DNA of 61,989 nt, counting the filler, from Vannella sp. (Eukaryota): the NCBI GenBank assembly GCA_023345925.1. It is 6 parts of 6 records of this genome, joined end to end, with 100 filler letters (N's around TTAATTAATTAA, not from the genome) between each part and the next. Parts side by side here need not be neighbours in the genome. Positions count along the whole stretch, not along the records: positions 18,387 to 25,362 come from JAJQQN010001059.1; positions 25,463 to 32,416 come from JAJQQN010001289.1; positions 32,517 to 49,996 come from JAJQQN010000770.1; 3 more parts are not named here. One strand, 5' to 3'. The notes below the pieces were generated by a model. The model made no database searches. It saw nothing but the letters and a program-made list of their open reading frames with translations, and was not told the origin of the DNA. Positions 20,125-34,029 of this stretch are shown here, piece by piece (positions within the stretch are counted from its first letter, which is position 1; each line of letters begins with the position of its first letter). Both the position numbers and the translations under genes were made by a program.

Positions 20125-21649
20125 ATGGAGAAAGCGTCCTTCGGAGTGAAGGAAGCGCTTCTTTGTGCGGTTGTCTCTGCGGCGTTGGCAACAGGAGTAG
20201 CGGCATTGTATCTGGCGTGGAATGCCAAGAGAGAAAGGGAAAGCTCACAGGCCTCCTCGGTGAGCGAGGGAGACCTCCAAGAAGATTCCCTCGAGAAAGA
20301 AGCTTTGGATGCGGAGAATGAGCCTATGAACATGAGTCAGCTATCAGAGGCTCTCTATGCCATCAACTACTTGAAAGCGAACTTCAATGACGAAGAGGCG
20401 GCTGTTCTTCTAGAGATGGTCGCCAACTGCTTGGAGGAGAACAGAGATTGGGAGGAAGCGACAGCCTTTCGCATGGATGCGTTCCTCCGAAACTGTCGAG
20501 CGGAGCTATTCCAGAAGGCATACGAAGTTCTTTTGCCCTCCCTGCAACTCCCTCTGGATAGCGATTTGCTCTTCTTCCAACAAATGATGTGCTCCGTGGC
20601 CGGCACTCTCCTTCACTCGTACCAAGCACTCGAGCATTTGGATCATTGTGAGCTACTGGCTCCCTCTACCATCCAGCCCCGAGCCAATCTGGCCGCGGCT
20701 AAGTGTGAGAGAAACTCCACCTAACCTACCGAAGGGACTGAACTCTTGATTGGCAGGGTTACGAGGAAAGTACTTTTGTGATATGGAGGACCTTCACGAA
20801 GCAGAGAAGTGGGTTCAGGAAGCTGTTGACATGTTCCTTGAAGTACGCAAAGCTTCACTACCTCGTTATATCTTGGACAACGCATTTGAGGCCATATGCT
20901 TATTCCAATCCTTGCGCATCGCCGAAGGGTGTCCGCAGCTGTCTGAGAAGATCTTTGAAGAGATTGTGGAGCCGAACTTCTCTCAATCCTTTGAGAACGT
21001 GGAGTTCTTTGCTTATCTTTTGTCCTTGTCTGGCGTTTATGCGCAGTATGACTTTCCTCAATTCGCCCAATCCAAGTGCCAAAGGGTGCTGGACATGTAC
21101 AGCGAGCACGCAGAGAGCCTGGATCTAACCGTGGAGCACTCCGAGATGGACCAAGAGATTCTTACCATCGTCAGTCGTACTCGGAGTCTTTTGGGGCACC
21201 AGCTGCTCAATCAAGGCAAAGCAAAAGATGCCATGCTCCACTTCAGCAGGTTCGAAAAGGGCAATTATCAGTTCAAGACCAGCTCCAAGTACTTCAAAGT
21301 GGAGGAAGCGGTCTTTTCCCAATGGGATGATAATAACAATGTGATGGGTCAGTTTGTAGTCCTTCTTGAAATCCAAAACCGGAAACTCATGACCCCGGAC
21401 ATGCGGTTGAACGTCATTGTCAATAATGCTAGAGGCGAAACAATGTGCCGGACTTCTTCCATCATTTGCGCTCGAAAGTACGTTCAAGTCCGGTCGAAGC
21501 CAGTTCAATGCAGCCAAATAGGAAGATATGTTATCAACCTCGAAGTTATCGATTTCAAGACAGAGGAAACGTACTTGCACCGCCAAACTATTTGTGTGGA
21601 ACCTCAAATGTCTCCTTCTCCCGACGATCCCATTCCTCCTCAGAGCTAA
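20125..21649 (+). CDS. Hypothetical N-terminally anchored helical (TPR-like) protein, 2 exons
   Basis: ATG 20125 (MEKASFG), TM ALLCAVVSAALATGVAALYLAW; intron ~20704-20756 links the two long ORFs. Confidence 0.6.
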
Positions 21650-21671
21650 ACTTTTCTGCTCCTAAAAGAGT

Positions 21672-22140
21672 CCGAGATTCTCACCTTTTTTGCTTCCTTT
21701 CGGAGCCATTTAGGGCACCAGCTCCTCAATCAAGGCAAAAATGGGAAGAGCTTTTCGCCACTTCAACCGATTTGAAAGAGACAAAATCCAGTTCTAGACC
21801 CTTCCCAAGTACTTTTAAATTTAAGTTCAGGGCGCGGCATCTCTGCTCAAATGGGACGACTATAACTACAATGTGATGGGTCAAATTTGTGATACTTCTT
21901 GAAATCCGAGATATCCTTACGGTTGAACGTCATCATCAGCATCCTCAGTGTGGTTAACCTCTTTTGTCATTCAAGCATGCTCTTGAGTACTTTCAAGCTG
22001 CCCAAAGACGGCCCAATTCGCACGGAAAGGCAGATATCTTGTCAGCCTCGAATTTGCCAACCCCTTGTCAAAGGCGTACTTTCACTGCCAAACTATTTGT
22101 GTGGAATGTTCCTCTTTACCCAATCACCCCGTTCCTACTC
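21672..22140 (+). pseudogene. Degenerate tandem duplicate of the 3' part of gene 20125-21649
   Basis: Shared blocks ggcaccagct.ctcaatcaaggcaaa, caagtactt, acaatgtgatgggtca, cttcttgaaatcc, ggttgaacgtcat, ccaaactatttgtgtggaa, with frameshifts and stops. Confidence 0.8.
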
Positions 22141-22538
22141 AGTGAAGAACAGAGGAGAGAATCCACGAGTGAAGGTTCCAAACTCTTGTTGGCGAGAGAT
22201 GGAGGATAACATTCGGATGCCCCATTTGTCAGTACTTTTCTCGCCACTACCACAAAGCTGCAATCCGAAGGAGATTTTCCATTCTGCATCCGAATCTTGT
22301 TCCGTCATCAACTTGACGCAAACGCATAATCCCAAAGCTAAGATCGCCCATGCCACAAAGAAAGTCTTCGTGAGCATTCGTGCTAAGCTCGCTCTTTAAT
22401 CCAAATTCGGTGATCAAAAGAGGGAGCATGCGGCTTGGCGGTGACGAGATTGAGAAGTCAATCTCTTGCCCCTGATCAAAAGTGTTGCAAAATGAGAAGC
22501 GCACTAAACATTTGTGGAAGCTGGTTGTTGTTTAAGAT

Positions 22539-23247
22539 CTACCAATCGCTTGATGATGCAGCACTTTTTGGTGGCTTTTTTCTCATGTGAGGGCGCTGCA
22601 TGATGGGCAAGCATTCAACTTCCATGTCAAGTTCATATCCTATGTAGCCCCGACTCCGAAATTGTTCACTCAAGAGGTACTTGTGATCCTCAAATGCTTG
22701 TCGGGCGTCTCTGAAGCGATATTTCCTCAGATTCTTGGGTGTTGGGTCTTCCTCCGCAAATTTTTTCGTTCCTTTACACATACCAGCCAGGTTTGTTACA
22801 AACACTTCGAGATAGTGGTTCTCCGCCTCTTTTCTGGTCTCGTAAACGAATGACCCATGAGACTCGTCCTCACAGTGGCGATCAGCGTAGGGCATTCTGT
22901 AAGAGAATAGCCAAAGACTGTCATCATCCCGCAAATACGAAGTCATCGGTCCAATCGGCCCCACGTCACTCTCTTGGTCACTCTCTTGATGACTTTCCTG
23001 ATCACTTTCTCGAATACTCTCCTGGTCACTTTCTTGATGACCCTCCTGGTCACTTTCCTCATTTTCGACAGAGTCAGTTTCTGTAGCCCTGTAGAAGAGA
23101 TATCAATACAGCTCCATCAGACACTCGCTCTCACTCCATCCCTCGCTCTTCATTGTCTGCATTTTTTGAATCAAAAGCTTGCCTCTTGGAAGAAGGCCCT
23201 TCTAATGGCTCAAGCGCTCTCTTCTTTGCTGCAACTTGATCACTCAT
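22539..23247 (-). CDS. Hypothetical protein with ESDQ repeats, 2 exons
   Basis: ATG 23247 (MSDQVAAKKRAL), gtgaga...ctacag intron, then ESDQEGHQESDQESIRESDQESHQESDQESD in frame with ORF 22539-22964. Confidence 0.6.
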
Positions 23248-23802
23248 TCCAAATGCAAAGGAAGCGGTCGGAAAGGGAGCACCGAGGGAAGAAATGGACT
23301 CAAGATCCGCTTTTACCCTAAAGTTCAGCCAAACTTACAGAAAGTCGATCGGATTTTTCTGTATATCCTGAAGATCATCGCTCTCTACAAGAAGCCAATC
23401 TTTGTGCACTTCCATGTTTCAGTCAGGTGATCATCTGCTGGTTGAATTCAATTTGTAAAAAGTAGCTCATTTTCCATTCCAATTTAGCATCTCCTCAAGA
23501 CGTCTTCTCTTATCACTCAGTATCATTTCAGTCTCACATCCTTCGCGAGTTGAAGGACCGATCAATCCGCTCCTATACACTCTCCTGTTCTGCCAGCTCT
23601 TCCTTATTCAGCCACCCGCAGCAGGAAGAAGAGTGCTCGCTTCCTTTTACATCAATGAGGGATTGTTAGTCATTTCCGAAAGAAAGGTCGGGCGTTGTGT
23701 GTCAGATTGACCGGATTCCGCCACGAATTACCCTCTATTACGATCCTCCACTGAAGGTTGGTCTAATCATGAATCAAATCTGATTAAATTTATGCAATGC
23801 TA

Positions 23803-25362
23803 TCATGTGGGACATATCCGCATTCTCAGCCTCTCGGAAGAGCTCACTTGGCATTGGAGAACAGCCATTAATTCTGCATCCGCAGCAGATGGAAGATGCA
23901 ATAAAGAAGCTAATTGTGAGGTCGTAAAAGTCCGCTCTTTGAGATTCGTTTCGTCAACCAGTTGACGGAGGAGTTTTGATTTACTCCAGATCTGATGCAG
24001 AACATCTTCCAGGTATAAGATACATCCTTCTAATGGGTAATGACTTTGGTGCATCACAGCTACGGCTCTAAGAGCATTATAAAGTATCTTAGAGGGCTCC
24101 ATCTTCCTCTTTTTTAAGTGAGGGAACTTGGAGCAGGTCTCATGAACAAAGAGTGCCGATGTCTTATCGTCGTGAGGAGCGAAATGGAAGATGTTTGTCT
24201 CTCGTGAGTCAGAATTGATGACAATGCAGGATGCTGACTCCATATTAAAGGTTCGGGAAGTGCAATAAGAAGGCGTTGGAGTGTCGTCACCTTCTGGCTT
24301 TGCATAAGGGCAGAACTTGCATTGAGACCAAAGGTCACGCGCAATCTGAGACTTGAGGTTTGGAGTTCGCGACGAGAGCCCCATTAGCACAAACTCACTC
24401 GTGTAACTGTTACAATAGGATCCAAATAGGGAATTCGCGACACATTTGTAGGGATTTGTGGAGCTATAAACTGGTTTCCATGATATTGGAGCTAGCTCAA
24501 CAACACCAAGGTTGACTGCTTGGTTAGAATGCACTCGCCTCGTATGTGATGGAGATCCAGTTTCATCGTGTTTGACGAAAACGTCAATTTGTGGTGTTAA
24601 GTCATCTTTGTGCTCCGTCACTCGGTTAACAAACGAACCAGTCACATCTAAACTGTGGAGATAAGCAGTCCCACAACGGATAATGTAGCTGAGAACGAAG
24701 AGGAGACTGCTGACAAGCTTTTTGTTTTCACCTAAAACAACGACTCTTGTGAATCGTGCAGGGGTAACTAAAGAGCCAAATAACTGAGAAACTTGCTGGT
24801 CGACAGGATTTCGGTGAGGAATAAGCCCCAAAGCAGCCGTTTCTTCCGAACCCATTGTCGACAGAATCCAAGAAGGGTGATAAGCCATCACTGCAGTCAT
24901 AGCACCAGCAAGTAAGTTACCCGATGGAGATTCGAGAAGCGGTAGCAGCAAAGTGATCTCCTTCAGAAGGTTCTTAAGAATACTTTGCCTCTTCTCAGGA
25001 AGAGAAACGATATGAAGCCACGCAGGAGGCTGTAAACGAGGGAAATTCATAAAAGTACAGATGCACTGCTGCAAGTCCTTCACTGCGCTGTTCAAAACAA
25101 AGTCTTTTTGCAAGTCAAAGGGTTCCAGTGCTTCGTTGAGCATGTTTTGGGTGTTACTTATCGTGCTAGGGTCAAGAGGGAGGTTATGTTCCACACGAGA
25201 GGTGGTCAGGCGAAGGAGTCTATCAATGCGCTTGCGTTGGACCCGAGCCAGGCTCTCGTAAACGATTTGAACGAGAAGTCTCAGTCGGGATCGCAGGATG
25301 GCGTAGTGTGAGCTGACCATGTCTTCGACCGCTCGTACCTGAGGAAGTACGTCAATGAGAAT
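23803..25362 (-). CDS. FNIP: Folliculin-interacting protein (FNIP/Lst4 family), 5'-truncated by the contig end
   Basis: TAVMAYHPSWI, NPVDQQVSQLFGS...TRVVVLG...LLFVLSYIIRC, SLFGSYCNSYTSEFVLMG, LYLEDVLHQIWSKS. Confidence 0.85.
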   Translation of the reverse strand: MLIDVLPQVRAVEDMVSSHYAILRSRLRLLVQIVYESLARVQRKRIDRLLRLTTSRVEHNLPLDPSTISNTQNMLNEALEPFDLQKDFVLNSAVKDLQQCICTFMNFPRLQPPAWLHIVSLPEKRQSILKNLLKEITLLLPLLESPSGNLLAGAMTAVMAYHPSWILSTMGSEETAALGLIPHRNPVDQQVSQLFGSLVTPARFTRVVVLGENKKLVSSLLFVLSYIIRCGTAYLHSLDVTGSFVNRVTEHKDDLTPQIDVFVKHDETGSPSHTRRVHSNQAVNLGVVELAPISWKPVYSSTNPYKCVANSLFGSYCNSYTSEFVLMGLSSRTPNLKSQIARDLWSQCKFCPYAKPEGDDTPTPSYCTSRTFNMESASCIVINSDSRETNIFHFAPHDDKTSALFVHETCSKFPHLKKRKMEPSKILYNALRAVAVMHQSHYPLEGCILYLEDVLHQIWSKSKLLRQLVDETNLKERTFTTSQLASLLHLPSAADAELMAVLQCQVSSSERLRMRICPT

Positions 25363-25462
25363 NNNNNNNNNNNNNNNNNNNNNNNNNNNNNNNNNNNNNN
25401 NNNNNNTTAATTAATTAANNNNNNNNNNNNNNNNNNNNNNNNNNNNNNNNNNNNNNNNNNNN
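25363..25462. other. Artificial contig linker
   Basis: N44-TTAATTAATTAA-N44. Confidence 0.98.
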
Positions 25463-26034
25463 ACTATTAACTCGTTGAAGCCCGTCATGGTTGGACCCAC
25501 ACATAGTGCCGGATTGCACCAAAAAGTGAAAACCTACAATCATGTAAAAATCACTTCCTATTCATTCCCAGTCGAATTCGAGGACTTTTGAGGCAGAAGC
25601 AGCGGCACCAACCGGCGTTTCTGCAGTAGTTTACGAATAGACTCCTGATACTCAATGCGACCACCGGAAACTCAGAAGTTGTGAAGAAATTGGAAACTCA
25701 GAAGCCGGAACTTTCAAGTTATCTCCAAACTTTGGCGGAGAGGTCATTTTTTGAAGGTGAGTCACGATTGCAAGCAACCTGGAGGAGCAGGAGCAGAGGA
25801 TTAACAACCCAGCTCTCTGAAACAATGTGTTGATAGCTAGTTTCACGTTCAATATATTAGAATGATGCACCTGCCCTCCAGGACTCTCTCCGTTATGCTT
25901 GCTAACGTTCATCAGGTTCTCAAGTACGAATAAACCCTTCCACTTTCCCATCATCAATCGCGACTCTATCCCCTCTTGCATGTGGCCCCCATGATGGGAG
26001 GGAAGTCAGGAAACAGGTTTTATGGCGCCCTCTC

Positions 26035-27316
26035 CTACTCGCGAGGGTAGTTGATCGCATAGGACGGGATGACCCTCAGCATCATGACATCATGGGAAGC
26101 GACCAAAGCTGTGAAGGAACCAGTGAAGACACCAAGTTCTTGGTGAGCCCAAAGGTCGCGGAGGGAAGCTGACACAGTGGGAATGAGGGAGAGGTCAGAC
26201 CAAGTCATGGTGATGTTGGCTTCAGTCGGTCCGTGGTTAAAGAGGATGGCAGCCACATTTCCATCCACCAGAGGACCCGCCCACACGTCGGTGGTGGAGC
26301 TCGGGGAACGGATCAGGCGGCCTTGGACTCCGCGGGCGTCTTGGTTCACTGCAATAGCCTCTGTGTTGAGGAGAATCGTGCTCGTATCCTCATTCATGTT
26401 CGAAACGTCACATCCAATGATCAGAGGCGCCTTCATCAAGCACCACAAGCTGAAGTGGCTGCGGTACTCCGTCGTGGTCATTCCGTTGTTACCCACTTCC
26501 AACATGTCAGGATCGTTCCATCCTCCAGGCCCAGCATGGTCTGCTGCAAGGTTGTTCCGGTATAGATTGGAGAGCATCGAGTCCCAGTTGTCTTTGATGT
26601 CTTTTGTGGTTCTCCACGAGTTACCAACTGCTCGACCCCAAGTGGGAACGTCTTGTCGACCCCACTCGCAGAGAGAGAAGAACAAGGGGTGTCCAGTGGC
26701 ATTCAAAGCGTCGCGCATGGGAGGGTAGCGTTGGAGAGGGCGGATTCGCTCATTGGCGCAGTTATCGTACTTGAGGTAGTCCACTCCCCAACTAGCCCAG
26801 GTCTCTGCATCGATAGTCTCATGTCCCAAGCTTCCTGGATCATGTCTGGCGCAAGTACGGCGACCAGCATCAGAGTAGAGTCCAAAGAGAAGCCCGCGGG
26901 AGTGAATGTAGTCGATGAGGCTCTGCAGGGATTGTCCTTCGCTGGAAGGGAACTTGGTTTCATCCGGTTGAAGTCTTCCATTCTGGTCTCTCGTATAAGC
27001 GGACCAGCAGTCGTCGAGGTTCTAAGGAGAGCCGATTAGATCCTTCCACATGCTCAGGGTTAGAAAGGGCTTACCACGTATTGGTAGCCAGCTTCAGAAA
27101 GACCAGAGGAGATAAGAGCATCTGTGGTTTGCTTGATAGTCGTGTAGTTGTACCCATCGCACGCAAAGTGGTTCCAAGAGTTCCACCCTTCACCAGTCAG
27201 GCCCAGCTTCCTTGAGCTCCCAAAGACTCACCCATCTGTGGAGTACGCCCAAGTCCATTATCTAAAGCGACCACAAGTCCAAGAGCAAGAGCCAGCAACC
27301 CAATCAGCCCCTTCAT
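26035..27316 (-). CDS. Secreted/lysosomal alpha-galactosidase (GH27), 3 exons
   Basis: Signal peptide MKGLIGLLALALGLVVA-LDNGLG..PQMG/WNSWN, LDDCW, WGVDYLKYDNC, SLCEWG, SWRTTKDI, WNDPDMLEVGN. Confidence 0.95.
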
Positions 27317-27367
27317 CCTCGACAGGGACAAGAAAGAATGGACGTCCTCAAACCAATGTCTATTCGC

Positions 27368-30300
27368 CTACAGCGCACTGCAGTTACAAGAGCAGTCGGT
27401 GACGGGACATTGGGACTGTTCTGTGAACCATTCGGTGATGTGGTCGCTGTGACCGCCATGCTTGCAGTTCTGGCACCAAGCGAACCACTAGATAGATCAA
27501 GGTTACACCCATGCCTTCGAAGGGAGGGTCGCTCACGTACTTCATCAAACTGACGTGCAGACTTGGTTCGGTGGTCGCCTTGAATAGCGCGTGGAACAAC
27601 ACAGTGGAGAGGGAGCTGGCATACCGAACAAAAGGGAAGAGGTTTCTTACAATTGGGGCAACCAGATACCTAAGATAGGGTCCCCCTGAGCCACTCCAAA
27701 GGAAGGAAATAGAAAGAACTCACTTTCACTTTCTCAACAGGATGGGAACGGCCCGTTAGGAAGCGAGAGCGGTCCCATGCTTTGGAGTTGGTCAATCCCA
27801 GCTCCAAAGTGTGGTTACAATACGTGCACCGCGCAAAGACTTGGGCGGGTTTGGCTTCTGAGAGAGGACCGTCCGCCATGGAGATGTCCAGTAAAGCCCG
27901 CTGATGCCAAAGCTGCCATGCATCCAGAAGCTGCTTGTATCTGTCCCCGATATCTTGTCAGATGCTGTCCAGGCCTAGGTGAGGGAATGACATACAGCTG
28001 AACCCACTGAAGAACTGTCGCGTCAATGAATCGAGATGGAACCACGCGGCTCATTGCCAAGCAGGCCGTCTTTGCATGTGTTAGTGGACTGCATGCTACT
28101 CCAAGTGTTGGAATGTATACCTGGACATCAGCGGTGCGGTCAATATAGTTCTGGAAGAGATTGACCCCATCCAGACTTAATCCAGTCAGGGAGATGCCTT
28201 CAATGTCGCCGACCTGGATGACTTTAATCGTCTCCTCTTCGACAAACTGAAGGAGCTCTGAGTCAGGAAGGAAGCAGCAAGCAAAGGCAATGCGGTCCAT
28301 CAATCTCAACTTGCGATTCCCCAGGACCTCCGAAAAGCTGTCTCCCGTGTTGCAAAGGAAACTGAAGCAGCTCTGAAGATACGGGTCATCTAATTGATCA
28401 ATGACAGCACCGCATGTCTTGCGCCATGTCTCAATCCCTTCATCATGTCCAGAGAATCCGGCCAATGCCATTGCCACAAACTGATAGCGAGAGTCCCCAG
28501 AGTGTTTGGCTCCACGGTGAAGCGCAAGAACAGCTCGTTCTATCTGGAAGTGAAATACAGCGATTGTGGCAGCTCGGCGATGAAGACCACGCTCTTCAAG
28601 CCGAACAAGTCCTTCTTCCAAAGAAGAGGAACTTGATGAGCCACCAAACGCCCACCCACATATTTGGAGGATGGACTGGCGACGGGGGTTGCGATAGAGA
28701 GCAGGAAACTTTCCAGTCACTTCTTTTGTGGTTGCTTGGTTGTCGCTGACATCATTTTCATTCCTCAAGATGGACAAGATTCCCAAGAAGCGAGGAGAAA
28801 TAGGCTCTACACTTCGCATCCATTCGTGTAGCCGTTTGATGTCTTGTGAGAGAATCCCCTTTTTGGCGAGCTTAAAGTTAAAATCAATCTTCCCGGCATA
28901 TTAGAGTCTGCCTGTCATACTCCTTCTTCCCAGAGACATCTTACATCCATTGAATAGCCCAACTGTGCTCTCTTCTCCATAATTGTAGAGATGTCAGATA
29001 GTTCAGGAGCATGAGGGCTCTGCTCTTCATTGCTGAATAGGAGAGAAGTTAATTGTGACAACCTTCCCAGCGTTAGGCTCATAATCTTACGCCGCTGCTT
29101 GAACTTTGAGCTGAGAACGAAACATGTTTTTGCCATAAGCCCATCCGATGGCACCTCCAACGGAACAGGTGATGGGAATACTCTCGTGCAATTGAACCAA
29201 CTCCACCATACCAGCTTCTGAGATACTTAAGAGTCGATATTCGTTGGTAAGGTGCCACGAAATACTGACAAGAGGGTCGTTGGTATGATAAGCTAACCAC
29301 AAGTGAGAACCAAACGCATTCTTGAACTCTCAATTGGTCCTACTTCGAACAGGCTTATTGAAGGTAATGGCGGGAGATGAATCCGAGCCTCCCGTCTGAG
29401 AAGTATCTTTAAAGTCCCAAATCTTCATGCAAGAGTCCTCTTTCGCAATAGAGCTGAGAATGCCCGACCTTGTGGGACACCATTTGACCTCCAGGAGAGT
29501 TTTTGAGCCCGAGTTGACTGTGAATACCTTTTCGAGGTCACAACGCACCCTTTCACTTCCAGTTCAAACTCACCGACTGTTCAATCTTGCGGACATCCCA
29601 AAGTTTGATGATTCCATCATCTGAGAATGAGAGCAAGCGATTCTCGTGAAATGGGTCGAAGCTGACACCATGGACAGCCCTCTTATGTGCTGCGGTAGAA
29701 CGCGTGGCATTGGAACCCTCTGAATACTGTCACAAGACACTCCTTTGAGTCACTTCCAAGCAGATACTTACCACGCAAGTCATAGATACGGAGCCATGTG
29801 ACCCCTGTACCCACAGCAATACAAGATGGCATGGATGGGAGCCATGAGATAGCTTGGGTAGCCTCATTCTGTCCCAATTCAAGGTAGGGCTTGCGAATGC
29901 TCTCTAAAGTCTCCATCAGCGGGACTGTGCTGAACTTCTGCCCCGAAGGCATCGACAAGGGAGTTATTGGATCTCTAGGGCCATGTATCTCGCCCAGTTT
30001 GCCAACAGTTGACCCGCGGGTGCTTCCCCTAGCGTGAGTTGGCGATCCCCAATCCTTCAAAAGAAGGCTCTCACGTGCGGAACTTCCGGAATGTTGGGTT
30101 TGAACCAGCTATCTGTGGTTCAGCTCCTCGGCTAACGTCCCAAATGAGCAAGGAGCTGTCGTTACGGACCTGAGGGAGGAGGTTAACGGCCTTTCGAAGA
30201 GCAGAAACCCTTGTTTACCTTGTCCAGACCAGCAGCAAGGAGCTCATGGTTATGATAGTTCCAAGAGATGTCATTGCAAACACGTGCTTGATGAGGAACG

Positions 30301-30611
30301 AACTCCTTTAGAAGGCGCGGGACCCCGTCAGACATCGATGTCAAGATCACCCGCCCTGTCATGAGTCCTGCTGCCACTTCGCCAATACTATGAGATGCAT
30401 CTTCCTTCTTGTAGGGAGCCCATGCCATGCACTTGACGCTATGCACCTCCGAGTTGACACTCAACACCCGGATGGCATCTTTCCCAGACGTAGGCACCGG
30501 CAGGGGCCCAGCATCCCTCTCAGGGACTTGATACAGTCGAAGATCAGACGCTGCCACTAAGAAGTGCGAAGAGTCACGGGGCGACCAAGCAATCAGCTTC
30601 CTCCGACTCAT
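27368..30611 (-). CDS. MIOS: GATOR2 complex protein MIOS (Sea4), multi-exon
   Basis: N-terminal WD40s (LLAAGLDKVRND), RAATIAVFH, DPYLQSCFSFL, DRIAFAC, LFQNYIDRTADVQ, terminal RING-like CRHGGHSDHITEWF...CPVTDCSCNC. Confidence 0.92.
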
Positions 30612-30623
30612 CGCTCCAACAAA

Positions 30624-32416
<1,793 letters not shown>

Positions 32417-32516
32417 NNNNNNNNNNNNNNNNNNNNNNNNNNNNNNNNNNNNNNNNNNNNTTAATTAATTAANNNNNNNNNNNNNNNNNNNNNNNNNNNN
32501 NNNNNNNNNNNNNNNN
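32417..32516. other. Artificial contig linker
   Basis: N44-TTAATTAATTAA-N44. Confidence 0.98.
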
Positions 32517-32537
32517 GGGCGGCTCTGAGGGAGAGGC

Positions 32538-33958
32538 ATGTCTCAGGAGCTTCGTGTTGGGAGGGATTACGCTTTACAGAAGAAGAAGCTTGGTCGTGGT
32601 TCATTTGGGAGCATCTACTTAGGGCGTGATATCAATACGAACGAGAAAGTGGCCATCAAACTGGTGTGAAGACTTGCTCCCACTTTTACCTTCGGTTGTG
32701 GGATGTATTGACACTGTTTCGACTACAGGAGTCTCACAAAACACGCCATGCTCAACTACTCGTAGAGGCACGGCTGATGCGAAGCGTAAGCAAAGGAGGT
32801 ACGTTGGGCCTGCAGCAATGCGCCACTTCTTCCTCAAAAGGTGCTGATTGCTGAGGACCAGTCGGCATCCCCCAAGTGCTTTGGTCTGGCGTGGAAGGAA
32901 ACTACAATGTAATGGTGCTCGACCTTCTCGGTTCTAGCTTGGAGGACATGTTCAACTATTGTGGTCGCGTCTTCTCTCTGAAAACAGTCCTCATGCTCGC
33001 AGACCAGATGGTAGGAGATACATCTTTTCTCTTAGAACGATCGTAACATGTTGCTGCAGCTTCAGCGCATAGAATACGTCCACGCAAAGTCGGTCATTCA
33101 CCGAGACATCAAACCCGATAACTTCCTGATGGGCATTGGGGAGGAGCGGAATGAAGTGTACCTCATTGACTTTGGCCTTTCAAAGCACTTTAAGGATCCC
33201 AGAACTCGCCAACACATCCCCTACCGTGATCATAAGAACTTGACAGGGACTGCGCGCTACGCCTCCGTCAACACACACCACGGTATTGAGCAGAGCCGCA
33301 GAGACGATCTCGAGTCTCTAGGCTACATATTTATGTACTTCTGTCGTGGCAATCTACCTTGGCAAGGCCAGAAAGGCCACAACAAGGAGACCAAGTACAA
33401 CGCCATCCGCAACGTCAAGACTGGAACTACGATTGAAGAGCTTTGCAGTGGATTCCCTGGTTCGTCAAACCAAGTCCTCCTCCCTCCGTACTTACCCGTG
33501 GTGGGACTGCAGAGGAGTTCGTGGAGTACATGCAGCGTGTCAGAGCCCTCCGTTTCACAGATAGACCCGAGTATGCGGTTTATAGGAAGATGTTCCGCAA
33601 TCTGTTCATTCGAGAGGGCTTTGAATATGACGGGGTCTACGACTGGACGATCAAAGTACGTTCCCTTCTCCTTCTGGTCCCCTCCTCTCCTCTCTTCTTG
33701 CTCACTGTGATACAGATGAAAGCTGAAGAGGAGACGGCAAGTCATTCATCGCAGGATCTGCCAGATTGTGATATGATAGAGGCAGAACAACCACCAGCCT
33801 CCACCGACTATCCTATGGCCTCGCCATCCCCTACCGACTCTCCCGTGGCCCCACCCGTACCCGAAAAGCCCCACCGCACTCATCGAAAGACCTCTGAGTC
33901 GAAGGACAAGGACCGAGAGCACAGAAAGAAGCGATCCAAGACGCCAGCGGAAGCCTGA
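32538..33958 (+). CDS. CK1: Casein kinase I family kinase, multi-exon
   Basis: [67 protein letters not shown]. Confidence 0.96.
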
Positions 33959-34029
33959 AGCGTCAAAGACCCACCGCTTGACAATGAACGAATATTTGCA
34001 ACCATTTTGAGTTGGTTTGAGGTGGCGGG

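Noticed and set aside
25463..26034. ORF 25652-25981 and intron-like signals at the contig start
   Set aside because: No coherent gene model or recognisable motif could be built
23803..30611. FNIP and MIOS as a TORC1 amino-acid-sensing gene cluster
   Set aside because: They lie on different contigs separated by an artificial linker
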